Notes under the pieces: generated by a model
Told to the model about the DNA's origin: nothing
The model's input: only the letters and a program-made list of their open reading frames with translations
Database searches by the model: none
Origin: Trueperaceae bacterium
GTDB lineage: Bacteria > Deinococcota > Deinococci > Deinococcales > Trueperaceae
DNA: 64,000 bases
Direction: 5' to 3'
NCBI GenBank assembly: GCA_965213925.1
Contig: OZ243927.1
Span: 3,232,001 to 3,296,000, forward strand
Program-made: the position numbers and the translations under genes
Shown here: positions 8,659 to 21,196 of the stretch, in pieces
Layout: every line of letters begins with the position of its first letter
Numbering within the stretch: position 1 is the first letter of the stretch

Positions 8659-9513
8659 ATGAAAAACAATCAACGCTCATTTGATGGTGACAGCGTAAGA
8701 GTTTTGACGCACAACCTCTACGGGCGACGCTCAAATTGGGAAGACCGGCGGCGCGTCCTCATCGAGGGCATTAGAAAACTCTCTCCAGACCTCATCTCTT
8801 TTCAAGAGACAATTTTGACTGATGATTACGATCAAGCTGCCGATTTGCTTCCCTCTGACTTTCACATCGTCAATTCAGAAGCGAGAGAAAAGGACGGACA
8901 AGGCGCTTCAGTCGCGAGTCGCTGGCCCATCCTAGAGGTGCGCGAGCTTGACTTGAACGTCACGCCTCGTACAGTAGATTTTTCCTGCACGACGCTCATT
9001 GCTAGAATTCAAGCGCCGGAGCCTTTTGGACCTCTTTTACTCGTCAATCACTTTCCTAATTGGCAAGTGGATTACGAGTATGAGCGCGAGCTGCAAACTG
9101 TGATCGCGGCGCGGTCTACCGAAGCTATGGTTAGAGAGCAGCACATGCACATCATCATAGCGGGCGACCTCGACGCTGATCCTGACGCTGCCAGCGTGCG
9201 CTTTCTCGCTGGCAAACAGTCTTTAGACGGCATAAGCGTTTGCTACCGGAACGCCTGGGACAGCGCGCATCCTGGCGAACCGGGGTACACGTTTACGGCT
9301 CAAAATCCGCTGGTTATGGAGACGGGCTGGGACTGGCCGTACAAAAGGATTGACCACATTTTTGTGAGGTGCGGACAGCACGGCGGGCCTACTTTGCACA
9401 TTTCCGCTTGTGAATTGGCTTTTGATGAGCCAATAAATGGGGTCTGGGCGAGTGATCACTTCGGCATAACCGCAGACCTCACACTCCCGAAACCCAGTGC
9501 CAAAACTTCGTGA
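8659..9513 (+). CDS. Endonuclease/exonuclease/phosphatase (EEP) family protein
   Basis: LTHN, FQE, AGDLDA, RIDHIF, ASDHFG motifs; TATAAT-N6-ATG. Confidence 0.88.
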   Translation: MKNNQRSFDGDSVRVLTHNLYGRRSNWEDRRRVLIEGIRKLSPDLISFQETILTDDYDQAADLLPSDFHIVNSEAREKDGQGASVASRWPILEVRELDLNVTPRTVDFSCTTLIARIQAPEPFGPLLLVNHFPNWQVDYEYERELQTVIAARSTEAMVREQHMHIIIAGDLDADPDAASVRFLAGKQSLDGISVCYRNAWDSAHPGEPGYTFTAQNPLVMETGWDWPYKRIDHIFVRCGQHGGPTLHISACELAFDEPINGVWASDHFGITADLTLPKPSAKTS

Positions 9514-9528
9514 CGAAATCCGTGTAAT

Positions 9529-9909
9529 TCAATCGAGATAACTCTGGCGCAAGAACCTAAGCGCAATGGCGTACGCCGCGTAATCATCAATTAAACGCGG
9601 CGGCGAGCGCAGTCCTTTAGGTAAGAGCTTGAACAGACCTCTCGGCGGATTCGCTTGAAAGTAGAGTTCGCGCCCCTCGAGCGTCGTATCCGTTTCGTCT
9701 ATGAGCGCAAACGTCTTACCGCGTTCACGCAGCACCTCTTGAACCTTATCGCTGCCCGTACCATCGCCGACGACGATGGTGATACCGGGGGGCAGCTCGA
9801 GCCCGCGCAACTCCTCCAACGTAATAATATTTCTATAAACCAACTTCTCTTTAGCGTTGACGAACGCCACGCCAATATTCTTGCCAGGGTCTAAACCAAG
9901 CACCATCAT
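9529..9909 (-). CDS. YqgF/RuvX-like RNase H-fold nuclease
   Basis: LGLDPG..IGVA, IDETDTT, IDDYAAYAI motifs. Confidence 0.78.
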   Translation of the reverse strand: MMVLGLDPGKNIGVAFVNAKEKLVYRNIITLEELRGLELPPGITIVVGDGTGSDKVQEVLRERGKTFALIDETDTTLEGRELYFQANPPRGLFKLLPKGLRSPPRLIDDYAAYAIALRFLRQSYLD

Positions 9910-9972
9910 TCCAAAATAACAAAAGAAGAAGAGCCGGAACGTGTCCGGCTCTTTCTAATAAGAGGTTTAAGT

Positions 9973-12900
9973 TTAGGCTTCGGGGCGCTGCTCGCGCTCG
10001 CTAGCAGGACGCGACGGCGCACTCGGCTGCTCGCGCTCGCCTTGTGCGGGCGCTTCCTTGCGGCGCTCCAACATCCGCTCGTCGGCGACGCGCACCTCGC
10101 GAATCGCGTCTAAACCCGTACCCGCAGGAATCAAACGCCCTAAGATGACGTTCTCCTTCAAACCGACGAGGTCGTCCGCTTTGCCCGACACAGCGGCTTC
10201 GGTCAGCACGTGCGTGGTGTGCTGGAACGAAGCGGCGGAGAGCCAGGACTTGGTGGACAAGCTCGCTTTGGTAATACCCAACAGCACGGGCTTCCAGCTT
10301 GCGGGGTTCTTGCCCTCGTCCAAGAGCTTGTCGTTCACCTCTTCTACGTCGAAGCGCTCGATAACTTGCCCCTCCAGGAACTCGGAATCGCCCGACTCCA
10401 GAATCTCGACGAACTTGAGCATCTGCCGCACGATGACCTCGATGTGCTTATCGTGTACGGATACGCCCTGTCCGCGGTACACGCGCTGAATCTCGTTGAC
10501 GAGATAGCGCTGCACGTCTTCGGGACCGCGCGACTCCAAGAGGTCGTGTGGGTTGACCGCGCCGCGTGTAAGCTGCGCGCCCGCCTCGACTTCGTCGCCG
10601 TCGCGCACTAAGACGCGGACGTTGCGGTCCAACTTATAGGTCTTAGAGAAGTCACCGTCACGACTCGAGACCGTCAGCTTCACCTTCTCGTCGTCCTCGT
10701 TGATGGAGACGACGCCGTCTAGGTCGGAGATGAACGCTTTGACTTTCGGCTTACGCGCCTCGACGAGTTCGATGACGCGAGGCAGACCCTGCGTGATGTC
10801 GCCGCCCGTCGCGATACCCCCGGTGTGAAAGGTGCGCATGGTGAGCTGGGTGCCCGGCTCGCCGATGGACTCCGCCGCGATGACGCCCACCGCTTCGCCG
10901 AGCGAGACGGGGCGCATCAGGGACATATCGAGCCCGTAGCAGGTGCGGCAGATGCCCGCGCGGGTTTGGCACACCACGGGGCTGCGCACTTCGATGGTGC
11001 GTACGGCGGGATTATCCGATAGGAGCGGATACAGCTCGTTAATGTGCTCCTTCATCAGAATCGTGCCTTGCTCCAAGGCGTAGTCGCCGATCTCCAAATC
11101 GAGCGCTAGGTAGCGTCCATAGAGGCTCATCTCCAAGTGGCTCTTCGAGCGCAGACGCCCGTCCTCGCCGTAGAGCGGAACCTCGGAGAAGTCCGCCGTG
11201 CCGCAGTCGTGCTCGCGCACCACGATCTCGTGCGCCACGTCTACGAGCTTGCGGGTCAAGTAGCCCGAGTCCGCCGTGCGAAGCGCCGTGTCCGCGCCCC
11301 CTTTACGCGCCCCGTGCGTGGAGATGAAGTACTCCAACACGGTCAGACCTTCGCGGAAGTTCGTGCGGATGGGTAGCTCGATGGTGTCGCCCGAGGGCTT
11401 CGCCATGAGCCCGCGCATCCCCGCGAGCTGACGAATCTGCTGCGGATTACCACGCGCACCCGACTGCGCCATGATGAACAAAGGGTTGAAGGGCATGTTG
11501 TCCTTGAAGTTGTCAAAGACCGCTTGGCGGACGCTGTCGGTGGTCTCGTTCCAGAGCTTCACGACTTGTTGGTAACGCTCCAAGTCGGTGACGAAACCCT
11601 TGTTGAACGCGCTGGTAATCTTGCCGAGCTTCTCTTCGGCTTCGGCTAAGAGTTCCGCTTTCTTAGGCGGAATCGCCACGTCGTCGATGCCGATGGTGAT
11701 GCCCGAGGTGGTCGAGAGCTTGAAGCCCTCATCTTTCAGCGCGTCCAGGAGCTTCGCGGTGCGCTCGATGCCTAAGAGCTTGAAGGAGTCCACGACGAGG
11801 TCGCGCAGCGCGTTTTTCTCATACGCGGTGTCGTAGCGGATGAGCGAGGTTGGCACTTCGCCGCCATCTTCGGACAGGGTCTCCTCCACCAAGCGGGCGA
11901 AGAAGGTCCGTCCGGGGCTGGTGTGGATCATCTCGCCATTGATCTTAATCGAGACCGTGTCCTGCATGTCGATCTCTTCACGCTCGACGGCTAAGAGCGC
12001 TTCGTCCACGCTGCTGAAGTGGTACTTGAGGCGTCCGACGCTGGTCTCTGCCCCATCCACCGTGATGCTGCTGTTGAGGTCGAGTTGGTTGTTGCGGTAG
12101 GCTTCTAACGCCTTTTCCACATTTTTGTAGCTGTTGCCCACGCCCTTACGCCCAATATGGACTTGAGTAAGGACGAACAACCCCAAGATGATGTCACGGC
12201 TCGCGCCGACATTCGGGTTGCCGTGCGCGGGCGACAAGAGGTTATGAGACGAAAGCATCTGGAGCCGCGCTTCGGCTTGCGCGTAGACCGATAAAGGCAC
12301 GTGAATTGCCATTTGGTCGCCGTCGAAGTCGGCGTTAAACGCTTCGCAGACCAGCGGGTGAAGCTGAATCGCTTGACCCTCAACGAGCACGGGCTCGAAG
12401 GCTTGAATACCTAAGCGGTGGAGCGTCGGGGCACGGTTTAAGAGCACGACGCGGTCTTGGATGACCTCTTCCAGGGCGTCCCAAATCTCGTCGCGGGTGT
12501 CGCGGTAGCGCTCTAAGAGTTTACGGGCGCTCTTGATGTTCGAAGCGACGCCGCGCTCTTCCAACGTTTTGAACAAAAAGGGCTTGAAAAGCTCCAATGC
12601 CATGCGCTTCGGCACACCGCACTGGTGCAGCCGGAGCTGCGGACCGACGACGATGACCGAGCGCCCGGAGTAGTCCACGCGCTTACCCAAGAGGTTCTGG
12701 CGGAAACGCCCTTGTTTACCGCCCAAGAGGTCGGTCAAGGAGCGCAAGGGGCGGTCGCTGCCGGGGTGCACCACAGCGCTGCCGCGACGCCCGTTGTCGA
12801 TGAGCGCGTCTACGGACTCTTGCAACATCCGCTTCTCGTTGCGCACGATCATCTCGGGTGCGCCCTGCGCCATGAGCTTCTTGAGGCGGTTGTTGCGGTT

Positions 12901-14556
12901 GATGAGGCGGCGGTAGAGGTCGTTTAAGTCCGAGGTCGCGAAGCGTCCGCCCTCGACCTGCACCATCGGGCGCAAGGCGGGGGGCATGATGGGCACGGCG
13001 TCTAAAATCATCCACGAGGGATTGTTACCCGACTCGATGAAGGAACGGGCGACTTCGAGGCGCTTTCGCGCTTTGGCGCGTTTGTGGCGGCTCGGCGACT
13101 CCATCTCTTCAACTAACTCAGCCTCGAGCGTCGGCAAGTCGATCTGCTCCAAGAGTTCACGCACCGCGTCCGCCCCCATCTTCGCTTCGAAGTCGTAGGA
13201 CTCGATGAGACGAACCTGACGGCGCACGAGGTCGATTTCGACGCGACCGGAGATGTCCGCTTTGACCCTGCCGTCGTCGGCGAGTTCATCGCCGGGGATG
13301 ACGCGGTCGCCGTTGACGACGATGGGCTCGTCCTCGTAGGGGTAGATTTTGGCTCTCGAGACCACGATGCTCGCAGGCTCAGCGATGTGGAGTATGCCAT
13401 CCGCTTCCGCAAAGATTTCTTGCGCCGCGTCGATTGCGCCCACGACTTTTTGCCCTTCGCTGACCTGTGCGCCGTCACTGGTGAGGACGTGCATGGTCGG
13501 GTTGATGGGCATCTCGTCGCGTCGGGACCACTCGACATTGAGCGTGAGTTCCGTTTCAGGACCGCGCTTGCGGCTCTTAGTAATGCTGACCGAAGCTTCG
13601 CGGGGCACGGAGAGCTGCGTGCCGGAGCTTGCTTTGGCAAGTTCCGCGCCTTCGTCCACAAATTCACCATCGCCCACGACGAGTTCCATCCCGTTCAGGA
13701 TGAGGTGCGAGGCGATGACTTCATCTTCGTCGGGGTCGCGGAGGTTCAAGAGCCCGCCGTCTGCACCGATGGGGAGCAGTTCGACAATGCCTTCACCTTT
13801 AGCGGTGATAGAAATATCGCTGGCGAGGTCAGCGAAAGGCTGTCCGCCCTTATAGCGCTCCTCTTCGATCCATGCCTTCGTCGGCACGGTAAAGCTCGCG
13901 TCCCTCGACTCTTCATAGTCGAAGATGAGCTTGCGCGGAAAGCGGTACTGCGCCAAACCGGAGAGCTTCGACTTCACGCCTTTGGCGAGTTGCTGCCCCG
14001 TTTCGACGTAGTCACCGTCGGCAACCACGGCGTCTTCACCCATCGAAACGCTGTACGTCTCCTGATGACCGTAGCGGAGTTGGCGGTACTCTTCGTCCGT
14101 CAAGAGGTCGCCGCGGCGGAGCGGTCTGCCGTCACGCAGCGCGTCCATCGGGTCGGTGACGACGTACTTGGCGAAATAGAGGACCTGCTCTAACTGACTC
14201 GTCGAGAGGTTGAGAAGCGCCCCGACCTTACTCGGGATATCCTTGACGTACCATATGTGCGTGCAAGAGGTCGCCAGTTCGATATGACCCATGCGGTAGC
14301 GGCGCACCGTCGCTTTGGTGACTTCGACGCCGCAACGCTCACAGGTCTTACCCTCGAAACGCTGGCGCTTATATTTGCCGCAAGCGCACTCGTAGTCTTT
14401 TTCGGGTCCGAAGATGCGCTCGTCGAACAAACCGTCGCGCTCCGGCTTGAGGGTGCGGTAGTTGATGGTTTCGGGCTTGGTGACCTCGCCGTAGCTCCAG
14501 CCGCGAATCTGCTCGGGCGCGGCGATTTTGATGCGAACCTTGTTGAATTCTCTCAT
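9973..14556 (-). CDS. rpoC: RNA polymerase beta' subunit
   Basis: NADFDGDQM active site, Zn finger, large Deinococcus-Thermus-type insertion near the N-terminus. Confidence 0.99.
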   Translation of the reverse strand: MREFNKVRIKIAAPEQIRGWSYGEVTKPETINYRTLKPERDGLFDERIFGPEKDYECACGKYKRQRFEGKTCERCGVEVTKATVRRYRMGHIELATSCTHIWYVKDIPSKVGALLNLSTSQLEQVLYFAKYVVTDPMDALRDGRPLRRGDLLTDEEYRQLRYGHQETYSVSMGEDAVVADGDYVETGQQLAKGVKSKLSGLAQYRFPRKLIFDYEESRDASFTVPTKAWIEEERYKGGQPFADLASDISITAKGEGIVELLPIGADGGLLNLRDPDEDEVIASHLILNGMELVVGDGEFVDEGAELAKASSGTQLSVPREASVSITKSRKRGPETELTLNVEWSRRDEMPINPTMHVLTSDGAQVSEGQKVVGAIDAAQEIFAEADGILHIAEPASIVVSRAKIYPYEDEPIVVNGDRVIPGDELADDGRVKADISGRVEIDLVRRQVRLIESYDFEAKMGADAVRELLEQIDLPTLEAELVEEMESPSRHKRAKARKRLEVARSFIESGNNPSWMILDAVPIMPPALRPMVQVEGGRFATSDLNDLYRRLINRNNRLKKLMAQGAPEMIVRNEKRMLQESVDALIDNGRRGSAVVHPGSDRPLRSLTDLLGGKQGRFRQNLLGKRVDYSGRSVIVVGPQLRLHQCGVPKRMALELFKPFLFKTLEERGVASNIKSARKLLERYRDTRDEIWDALEEVIQDRVVLLNRAPTLHRLGIQAFEPVLVEGQAIQLHPLVCEAFNADFDGDQMAIHVPLSVYAQAEARLQMLSSHNLLSPAHGNPNVGASRDIILGLFVLTQVHIGRKGVGNSYKNVEKALEAYRNNQLDLNSSITVDGAETSVGRLKYHFSSVDEALLAVEREEIDMQDTVSIKINGEMIHTSPGRTFFARLVEETLSEDGGEVPTSLIRYDTAYEKNALRDLVVDSFKLLGIERTAKLLDALKDEGFKLSTTSGITIGIDDVAIPPKKAELLAEAEEKLGKITSAFNKGFVTDLERYQQVVKLWNETTDSVRQAVFDNFKDNMPFNPLFIMAQSGARGNPQQIRQLAGMRGLMAKPSGDTIELPIRTNFREGLTVLEYFISTHGARKGGADTALRTADSGYLTRKLVDVAHEIVVREHDCGTADFSEVPLYGEDGRLRSKSHLEMSLYGRYLALDLEIGDYALEQGTILMKEHINELYPLLSDNPAVRTIEVRSPVVCQTRAGICRTCYGLDMSLMRPVSLGEAVGVIAAESIGEPGTQLTMRTFHTGGIATGGDITQGLPRVIELVEARKPKVKAFISDLDGVVSINEDDEKVKLTVSSRDGDFSKTYKLDRNVRVLVRDGDEVEAGAQLTRGAVNPHDLLESRGPEDVQRYLVNEIQRVYRGQGVSVHDKHIEVIVRQMLKFVEILESGDSEFLEGQVIERFDVEEVNDKLLDEGKNPASWKPVLLGITKASLSTKSWLSAASFQHTTHVLTEAAVSGKADDLVGLKENVILGRLIPAGTGLDAIREVRVADERMLERRKEAPAQGEREQPSAPSRPASEREQRPEA

Positions 14557-14642
14557 TCAGTATTCCCTTCGGGAAAAGAGTGAATAGTGGCTAGTTGTTA
14601 GCTCTTACTTGCCACTAACAACTAAGCGCTATCCACCGGTTT

Positions 14643-17600
14643 TTACTTGCCCCGCCCCGACTCGTCGAAGATACCGACGGGCTTGTCGTCGTCCATCACC
14701 TGCACGTCAAGTCCGAGCGAGTGAAGCTCCTTGACTAAGACCTTGAAGGACTCGGGGATGGTGGGCTCCAACACATCGTCCCCCTTGACAATCGCTTCGT
14801 ACGCCGTGTTGCGCCCGTCGATGTCGTCCGACTTAATCGTCAACATCTCCTGGAGCGTGTGCGCCGCGCCGTGCGCCTGGAGCGCCCAACACTCCATCTC
14901 ACCTAAGCGCTGACCGCCAAACTGCGCCTTACCACCCAGCGGTTGCTGCGTGATGAGCGAGTAAGGTCCAGTCGAGCGGGCGTGCATCTTGTCCTCGACC
15001 ATGTGGTAGAGCTTCATGACGTACATCACGCCGACGACGATGGGCGCGTCGATGGCTTCGCCCGTGCGTCCGTCGTAGAGGACCGCTTTGCCCGTGCGAG
15101 CGAGAGCGCGTTGGGCGGTATCCATGTCGAGGTCGGGCTCTAAGATGCCCAACTTGCTGGCGCGGCGCAAGACTTCGGTGTCGCGCCTGTCGGCGGTGAA
15201 GCCTGCTTCCTTGTCAGCTTCTTGTTCCTTGACGGAGGCGTCTTCCAAGAGGTCTTTAATCTTTTCCTCTTGTGCACCATCGAAGACGGGCGTGACGTAG
15301 GAAACGTTGTTTTTGTAGGCGGCGAAGCCTAAGTGGGTCTCCAAAATCTGACCTAAGTTCATCCTCGAGGGAACGCCGAGCGGGTTGAACACAAGGTCTA
15401 CAGGCGTGCCATCGGGCATGTAAGGCATGTCCTCGGGCGGTAAGATTTTTGCGACGACGCCCTTGTTCCCGTGCCGGTTCGCGAGCTTGTCCCCTTCGAT
15501 GAGGCGGCGCTTCTGCGCAATGTAGACGCGGACCATCTCCTGCACGCCGGGCTTGAGTTCGACGCCGGGGTCGGTCCGCTTGAAGCGCACCGTGCGTAAG
15601 ATGATGCCGCCGTCGCCGGGCGGGACGCGGAGCGAGGTATCTTTGACCTCTCGAGCCTTCTCCCCGAAAATCGAGCGCAAAAGCCGCTCTTCGGGCGTGG
15701 GCTCGGTCTCCCCTTTGAACGAGGTGTGACCGACGAGGATGTCGCCCTGCTTGACCTCTGCACCGATGCGAACCACGCCGTCTTCGTCTAAGTCGCGGAG
15801 GGCAGCTTCGGATAAGCCGGGGATGTCGCGCGTAATCTTCTCGGGTCCGAGTTTGGTGTCACGCGCTTCTTTCTCGTACTTCTCGATGTGCACCGATGTG
15901 TAGTTGTCACCGCGCACAAGCTTCTCAGAAAGCACGATGGCGTCCTCGAAGTTGTAACCGTCGAAGGGCATGATGGCGATGAGAACGTTCTGCCCGAGCG
16001 CCAAACGCCCGTTCTGCGAGGCGGGTCCGTCCGCAATCACTTGACCCTCTTCAATCGTGTCGCCGATGTTGACTAAGGGACGCTGGTCCAAGTTCGTATT
16101 CTGGTTCGAACGCTGGAAACGGGTCAGGACGTACTCTTTCTCGACGCCTTTTTCGTTCTCGGTGAGGATGCGCTTCGCGTCTACGGACGTGACCGTACCT
16201 GCTTCGGTGGCGAGGAGGACAGTGCCGGAGTCTCTCGAGACCCGCTCCTCAACCCCCGTGCCCACGTAAGGCGCGTCGGTCTTGATTAAGGGAACCGCCT
16301 GCGACTGCATGTTCGAGCCCATCAGCGCCCGGTTCGCGTCGTCGTGCTCCAAAAAGGGGATCAAAGAGGTCGGTACAGAAATGATCTGCTTAGGCGACAC
16401 ATCCATGTAGTCCACGTCTTCGTGCGGGGCAAAGACAGGGTCGCCGAGCTTCCGCGCCAAGATGGTCTCGTTGACGAAGCCGCTGTCCTCGTCCAGGATG
16501 GTATTCGCCTGTGCAATGGTGTACTGGTCTTCGGTGTGCGCGGTCATGTACTCGACTTCGTCCGAGACCTTGCCGTTTTGCACGCGGCGGTAGGGCGCTT
16601 CGATAAAGCCTAAATCGTTGACTTGCGCGTAAGAGGACAAAGAGGTAATGAGACCGATGTTCGCGCCTTCCGGCGTTTCGATCGGGCAGATGCGCCCGTA
16701 GTGCGTGCGGTGCACGTCGCGCACGTCGAAACCGGCGCGTTCGCGGGTCAGACCGCCCGGTCCGAGCGCCGAGATGCGGCGCTTGTGGCGCAGTTCGGAC
16801 AAGGGGTTGACCTGGTCCTTAAACTGTGAGAGCTGGCTGCGCCCGAAGAACTCGCGCAAGGCAGCGACGATAGGACGGTTGTTGACGAGTTTTTGCGGCG
16901 TGGCAGCGTCAGGGTTCCCTAGGAGCATCCGCTCGCGCACACCCCTCGCCATACGCCCTAAGCCAACACGAATCTGGTCCGCGACGAGTTCGCCCACCGT
17001 ACGGATGCGGCGGTTGCCCAAGTGGTCGATGTCGTCTTCTTGGTAGCCTTCGGTGCCTGCTTGCAGGTTGACGAGGTACTGAATGGCGGGAATTAAACCG
17101 TAATCGGTGAATTCGCCTTCGGAGAAGCCCATGAGGGTACTCTGTTCATGATCTAAGCCGAGCTTAGTGTTCATCTTATAGCGCCCAGCGTCACCCAAGT
17201 CATAGCGGCGCGGGTCGGCCAAGAGGCTGAAGAGGTAAGAGGTCGCTTTGTCCACTTTGGGTGGGTCGCCCGGACGCAAGATGGTGAAGAGGCGTAAAAG
17301 CGCTTCCTCTTTCGACGCGCCTGTCGTCGAGTCCTCTTCAAAGGCAGGCTCGATCATGTGCTCTTGCCCCTCGAAGAGCCCACGAATCTGCTCGTCGCTC
17401 ATCCCTAAAACGCGCAAGATGAGGGTGAAGGGGAACTTCTTCTTGTTGACCTTCATCCATAAAACGTCGGAGTTGTCGAACTCCAACTCGATCCAGGGTC
17501 CGCGCTTGGGCATCGGAATGATGCTCGCCATGTAGGTGCGCCCCGTGCCTTTAGGTGCGCCCGTGAAGTACACGCCCGGCGAACGGTGAATCTGCGAGAC

Positions 17601-18035
17601 GATAACCCGGTCTGCGCCGTTGACAACGAAGGAGCCGTCTTCGGTCATGAGCGGTAAGTCGCCTAGGAAAACCTGGTCCTCTTTAATGAGACCCGTGTCC
17701 TTGTGGACAAGTTGCAGTTTGGCGAACAGCCCGGAGTGATACGTCAAGTCCTTCTCGCGGCACTCCTCCGGTGTGAATTCGGGGTCCTCTAAGGTGTACT
17801 CCAAGAAATCCAGGACGAGACCCGTCTGACGTCCGCGCTCGGTCTCGTCAATTGGGAAGACCTCTTTGAAGGCGCTCTGCAAGCCCATATTGTCACGGGC
17901 ACTTGCAGGCGCTAAGTTGCCCTCTTCGTCCATTTGCAAAAACGTGTTGTATGACTTAATCTGAATGTCGGTGAGGTTGGGGAGGTTGATAACCTCTTTG
18001 ATCGAACCGAACTTCCTGATTTCGCGCATTGTCAC
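14643..18035 (-). CDS. rpoB: RNA polymerase beta subunit
   Basis: GDKLANRHGNKG, HKRRISALGPGG, GGQRLGEME motifs. Confidence 0.99.
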   Translation of the reverse strand: MTMREIRKFGSIKEVINLPNLTDIQIKSYNTFLQMDEEGNLAPASARDNMGLQSAFKEVFPIDETERGRQTGLVLDFLEYTLEDPEFTPEECREKDLTYHSGLFAKLQLVHKDTGLIKEDQVFLGDLPLMTEDGSFVVNGADRVIVSQIHRSPGVYFTGAPKGTGRTYMASIIPMPKRGPWIELEFDNSDVLWMKVNKKKFPFTLILRVLGMSDEQIRGLFEGQEHMIEPAFEEDSTTGASKEEALLRLFTILRPGDPPKVDKATSYLFSLLADPRRYDLGDAGRYKMNTKLGLDHEQSTLMGFSEGEFTDYGLIPAIQYLVNLQAGTEGYQEDDIDHLGNRRIRTVGELVADQIRVGLGRMARGVRERMLLGNPDAATPQKLVNNRPIVAALREFFGRSQLSQFKDQVNPLSELRHKRRISALGPGGLTRERAGFDVRDVHRTHYGRICPIETPEGANIGLITSLSSYAQVNDLGFIEAPYRRVQNGKVSDEVEYMTAHTEDQYTIAQANTILDEDSGFVNETILARKLGDPVFAPHEDVDYMDVSPKQIISVPTSLIPFLEHDDANRALMGSNMQSQAVPLIKTDAPYVGTGVEERVSRDSGTVLLATEAGTVTSVDAKRILTENEKGVEKEYVLTRFQRSNQNTNLDQRPLVNIGDTIEEGQVIADGPASQNGRLALGQNVLIAIMPFDGYNFEDAIVLSEKLVRGDNYTSVHIEKYEKEARDTKLGPEKITRDIPGLSEAALRDLDEDGVVRIGAEVKQGDILVGHTSFKGETEPTPEERLLRSIFGEKAREVKDTSLRVPPGDGGIILRTVRFKRTDPGVELKPGVQEMVRVYIAQKRRLIEGDKLANRHGNKGVVAKILPPEDMPYMPDGTPVDLVFNPLGVPSRMNLGQILETHLGFAAYKNNVSYVTPVFDGAQEEKIKDLLEDASVKEQEADKEAGFTADRRDTEVLRRASKLGILEPDLDMDTAQRALARTGKAVLYDGRTGEAIDAPIVVGVMYVMKLYHMVEDKMHARSTGPYSLITQQPLGGKAQFGGQRLGEMECWALQAHGAAHTLQEMLTIKSDDIDGRNTAYEAIVKGDDVLEPTIPESFKVLVKELHSLGLDVQVMDDDKPVGIFDESGRGK

Positions 18036-18546
18036 CCCTTAATGTGATATGCATTAGAATACTGACTTATTTACGACTGTGCGTTACCGAGCCCACGTTG
18101 AAGTTCAGCGAGCAACCTCAACCTAATTTCGTGAAAACTCACGCATCACCTCGGTTAGATTTTTGCTAATGTTGACAATGAAAATGAACCGTTGCGAGAA
18201 AAGCTCCGGTTTGAACAGATAATCGGTTGTAACGTGACGTTAAAATCGTCCTAGCACCTACTGACGGCTTCCAGATACTAAAATACTCCAATCAAGAGAA
18301 GCGCAGATAAACATTGAGCAAGCCATTATGGACCTCCTCGAGGGGTTCAGAAACCCAACTCAGTAGTCTAGCATATATTGAGATAGAAGAGGTCAAGGTA
18401 AGCCATCTTACTGGCTTACCTCAACTGCATCTGGTGCTTGAAGCAGATATCATCCTTACAATGTGAATGCCAATCAATGGCGCTTTCTACGAAGAGCGTT
18501 ACTTCGCAGGACTTCGTACATTGTGACCAGATGATACCTGCTTACC

Positions 18547-18930
18547 TTACTTGACTTCGACGGTTGCGCCTGCTGCCTCGAGCTTCCCTCTAATCTCGTC
18601 GGCTTCCTCTTTCGAGATGTCCTCTTTGACAGTGCCGCCCGACTCTACGAGTTCTTTAGCCTCTTTGAGACCTAAGCTCGTAATCGCACGAACCTCTTTA
18701 ATGACGTTGAGCTTCTTGTCACCGGGGCTCTTGATGGTCACGGTGAATTCGCTCTGCTCCTCGGCGACTGCGGCTGCTTCGCCACCGCCTTGCGGCATCA
18801 TCATGCCGGCGGGCACCGCGGCGGCGGCTTCGACGCCCCACTTGTCTTTGAGTCCTTCGACTAAGTCCACTAGCTCTAAAACGGTCAAGCCGCTGAGCTG
18901 CTCCATCATCGCTTCTTTATCAAATGCCAT
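18547..18930 (-). CDS. rplL: 50S ribosomal protein L7/L12
   Basis: [24 protein letters not shown]. Confidence 0.98.
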   Translation of the reverse strand: MAFDKEAMMEQLSGLTVLELVDLVEGLKDKWGVEAAAAVPAGMMMPQGGGEAAAVAEEQSEFTVTIKSPGDKKLNVIKEVRAITSLGLKEAKELVESGGTVKEDISKEEADEIRGKLEAAGATVEVK

Positions 18931-19460
18931 TATCTCTCCTCCTTGAGTTTCTCTGAGTAGTTATTGAGTACCGATACCAAGTTCTGCGGGGGCGCTTGCA
19001 GCACGCCGACGAGCTGCTGCATGGGGGCTTGCAAGACGCCGACAAGCTCACTGAGGAGTTCGTCGCGGGTGGGCAGCTTAGCGATTTTAGCAAACGCTTC
19101 GGGCTCCACCATCGAACCTTGCAAGAGCCCACCTTTGGGCGTGGGCAGGTCTTTGGCATTATCGTCCGCGAAGTCGGTGAGCGCCTTGACGGGCTGCACC
19201 GGGTCTTCGTCAATGAGGACTAAAGCCGTCGGACCGCTCAGCTTTTCGCCAAACCCCTCGATGCCCTGTTCTTTCAGGACAACGTTGATGAGGGTATTTT
19301 TCGCGACTAAAAGCCTGCCGCCTGCGTCGCGCACTTTGGTACGCAACGCGCCGATCTGTTCCGCAGAAAGTCCCTGGTAGTCCACGAGGAAGAAGGTGAC
19401 AGCGTCCGCGAGTAACCCGCGCAACTCTTCGACCGACTCCGTGTTTCTTGGGTTTGCCAC
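18930..19460 (-). CDS. rplJ: 50S ribosomal protein L10
   Basis: VDYQGLS, VAKNTL, LPTRDEL; GTG start at 19460 preferred. Confidence 0.97.
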   Translation of the reverse strand: MANPRNTESVEELRGLLADAVTFFLVDYQGLSAEQIGALRTKVRDAGGRLLVAKNTLINVVLKEQGIEGFGEKLSGPTALVLIDEDPVQPVKALTDFADDNAKDLPTPKGGLLQGSMVEPEAFAKIAKLPTRDELLSELVGVLQAPMQQLVGVLQAPPQNLVSVLNNYSEKLKEER

Positions 19461-19649
19461 GTTAGGGAACCTTTCTAAGAGAGGTATCATCTCGTTTCGG
19501 ACGAAATCCGTGAGTCAAGCTCTGAAGATTTCGCGTGCTCGAGGGTACACTCTTTACACTTTTGAGAGTTGTTCTGCGCAACACCGCCACAAAACTATCT
19601 CCACGTCAACCGCGAAGCTGTACTAAACGTAATCCTTGAACTACGTTTA

Positions 19650-19703
19650 GCGCCTCGGCAGGATATTTAAGCTCCTGGCTGAGCCCCTGCTATCTTGGAC
19701 GCC
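19650..19703 (-). promoter_or_regulatory. Ribosomal protein L10 leader RNA
   Basis: CCAAGATAGCAGG...TTAAATATCCTGCCGAGG upstream of rplJ resembles the L10-leader consensus. Confidence 0.8.
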
Positions 19704-19835
19704 AGTAAGGTACTTGAAGCGAGAGCGCCGTAGCGTTCTGGCTTGCTTCGCACCGAGATGCTTAGAAGAAGTAACGAGGACTGAGTGCTGAGGTGAAAGT
19801 GAAAATCTTAAACTCAGCGCTCGAGCCTCACGACA

Positions 19836-20519
19836 CTATGCGTTTACTTGAACGCTCGGCCCCATCGTCGAGGTGAGATAGACCGTGCGGATGTAGAGAC
19901 CTTTGGCGGTGTCCGGCTTCGCGGCTTCGACCGCTGCACGGAACGCGCTCAAGTTCTCCGTAAGTTTCGCCGCATCGAAGCTCGCTTTGCCGATTGGGGC
20001 GTGCACGACGCCTGTTTTGTCGTTGCGGAATTCGATCTGACCCGCTTTGAGCGCCTTGACGATTTCGCCGATGTTCTGCCCGACTGTGCCCGACTTGGGG
20101 TTCGGGAGCAGACCGCGCGGTCCTAAGACGCGCCCGAGCTTGCTGCCGACCGCCGCCATCATATCCGGTGTGGCGACAACCGCGTCGAAGTCCAGCCAAC
20201 CCTCTTGGATACGCTGAATCATGTCGTCGCCACCAACGAAGTCTGCGCCCGCAGCTTCGGCGTCTTGGACTTTATCGCCCTGCGTGAGCGCGAGAACGCG
20301 AACCTCGCGTCCCGTGCCGTGAGGGAGGGCGACGGTGCCGCGTACCGTCTGATCGGACTTACGGGGGTCAATGCCTAAGCGGACGTGCGCCTCGACCGTT
20401 TCGTCGAACTTTGCCGTGGCGAGTTCTTTGACCAATGAGGCGGCTTCGTCGGGGGCGTAGACCTTTTTGCGGTCTACTTTCTCTAAGAGACTCCTGTACC
20501 TCTTACCGTGCTTAGCCAT
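19836..20519 (-). CDS. rplA: 50S ribosomal protein L1
   Basis: [27 protein letters not shown]. Confidence 0.98.
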   Translation of the reverse strand: MAKHGKRYRSLLEKVDRKKVYAPDEAASLVKELATAKFDETVEAHVRLGIDPRKSDQTVRGTVALPHGTGREVRVLALTQGDKVQDAEAAGADFVGGDDMIQRIQEGWLDFDAVVATPDMMAAVGSKLGRVLGPRGLLPNPKSGTVGQNIGEIVKALKAGQIEFRNDKTGVVHAPIGKASFDAAKLTENLSAFRAAVEAAKPDTAKGLYIRTVYLTSTMGPSVQVNA

Positions 20520-20952
20520 TGACGGGTGCTCCTTCTACCGTGACGCCCATCGAACGCGCCGTGCCTGCGATGACCTTCGCAGCAGCTTCTTCGGAGGCGG
20601 CGTTGAGGTCTTTCATCTTGTTGCGCCCGATTTCCAAGCACTGGTCCCAGGTGAGCTTGCCGACTTTTTCCTTGTTCGGCACACCTGAGCCTTTGGGGAT
20701 GCCAGCCGCTTGGCGAATCAGGTAGCTCGCGGGCGGCGTCTTAGTGATAAAGGTGAACGAGCGGTCCGCGAAGATGGTGATCTCTACCGGAATAATCGCG
20801 CCCGCTTCTGAAGCCGTTGCCGCGTTGTATTCCTTGACGAAACCCATGATATTCGCGCCGTACTGACCTAACGCGGGTCCGACGGGTGGGGCAGGTGTCG
20901 CGCCGCCAGCGGGTAGCTGGAGCTTGACGATGCCAGCAACTTTCTTTGCCAT
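20512..20952 (-). CDS. rplK: 50S ribosomal protein L11
   Basis: [26 protein letters not shown]. Confidence 0.98.
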   Translation of the reverse strand: MAKKVAGIVKLQLPAGGATPAPPVGPALGQYGANIMGFVKEYNAATASEAGAIIPVEITIFADRSFTFITKTPPASYLIRQAAGIPKGSGVPNKEKVGKLTWDQCLEIGRNKMKDLNAASEEAAAKVIAGTARSMGVTVEGAPVNG

Positions 20953-21052
20953 ACTTCCTCCTTAGCTCCCCCGAGAGGTCTGAGCCTCTGGGGTTCTAGC
21001 GCTATCGACTACTTAGTCGCTTCAATAGCTAGTTCTTAGTCTGCTTTTGAAT

Positions 21053-21184
21053 TGTCACCCTGAGCCGAAGGCGTAAGGGTCTCGTTTCGCAATCTCCGAC
21101 AGTGGAGAAGGCAAATGCAGAAATTCTTTCATCAGGCGAAGCCAATCCTGTAAAGGGCTCCACTTCGTTCCGTTCAGAATGACA
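21053..21184 (+). repeat. TGTCA...TGACA palindromic intergenic repeat, copy 1
   Basis: TGTCACCCTGAGCCGAAGGCG...TTCAGAATGACA; three more copies in the window. Confidence 0.85.
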
Positions 21185-21196
21185 CAGCGGTCATAC

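Noticed and set aside
13200..14150. Large insertion in RpoC as an intein or novelty
   Set aside because: Corresponds to the known Deinococcus-Thermus beta' non-conserved domain; no intein motifs.
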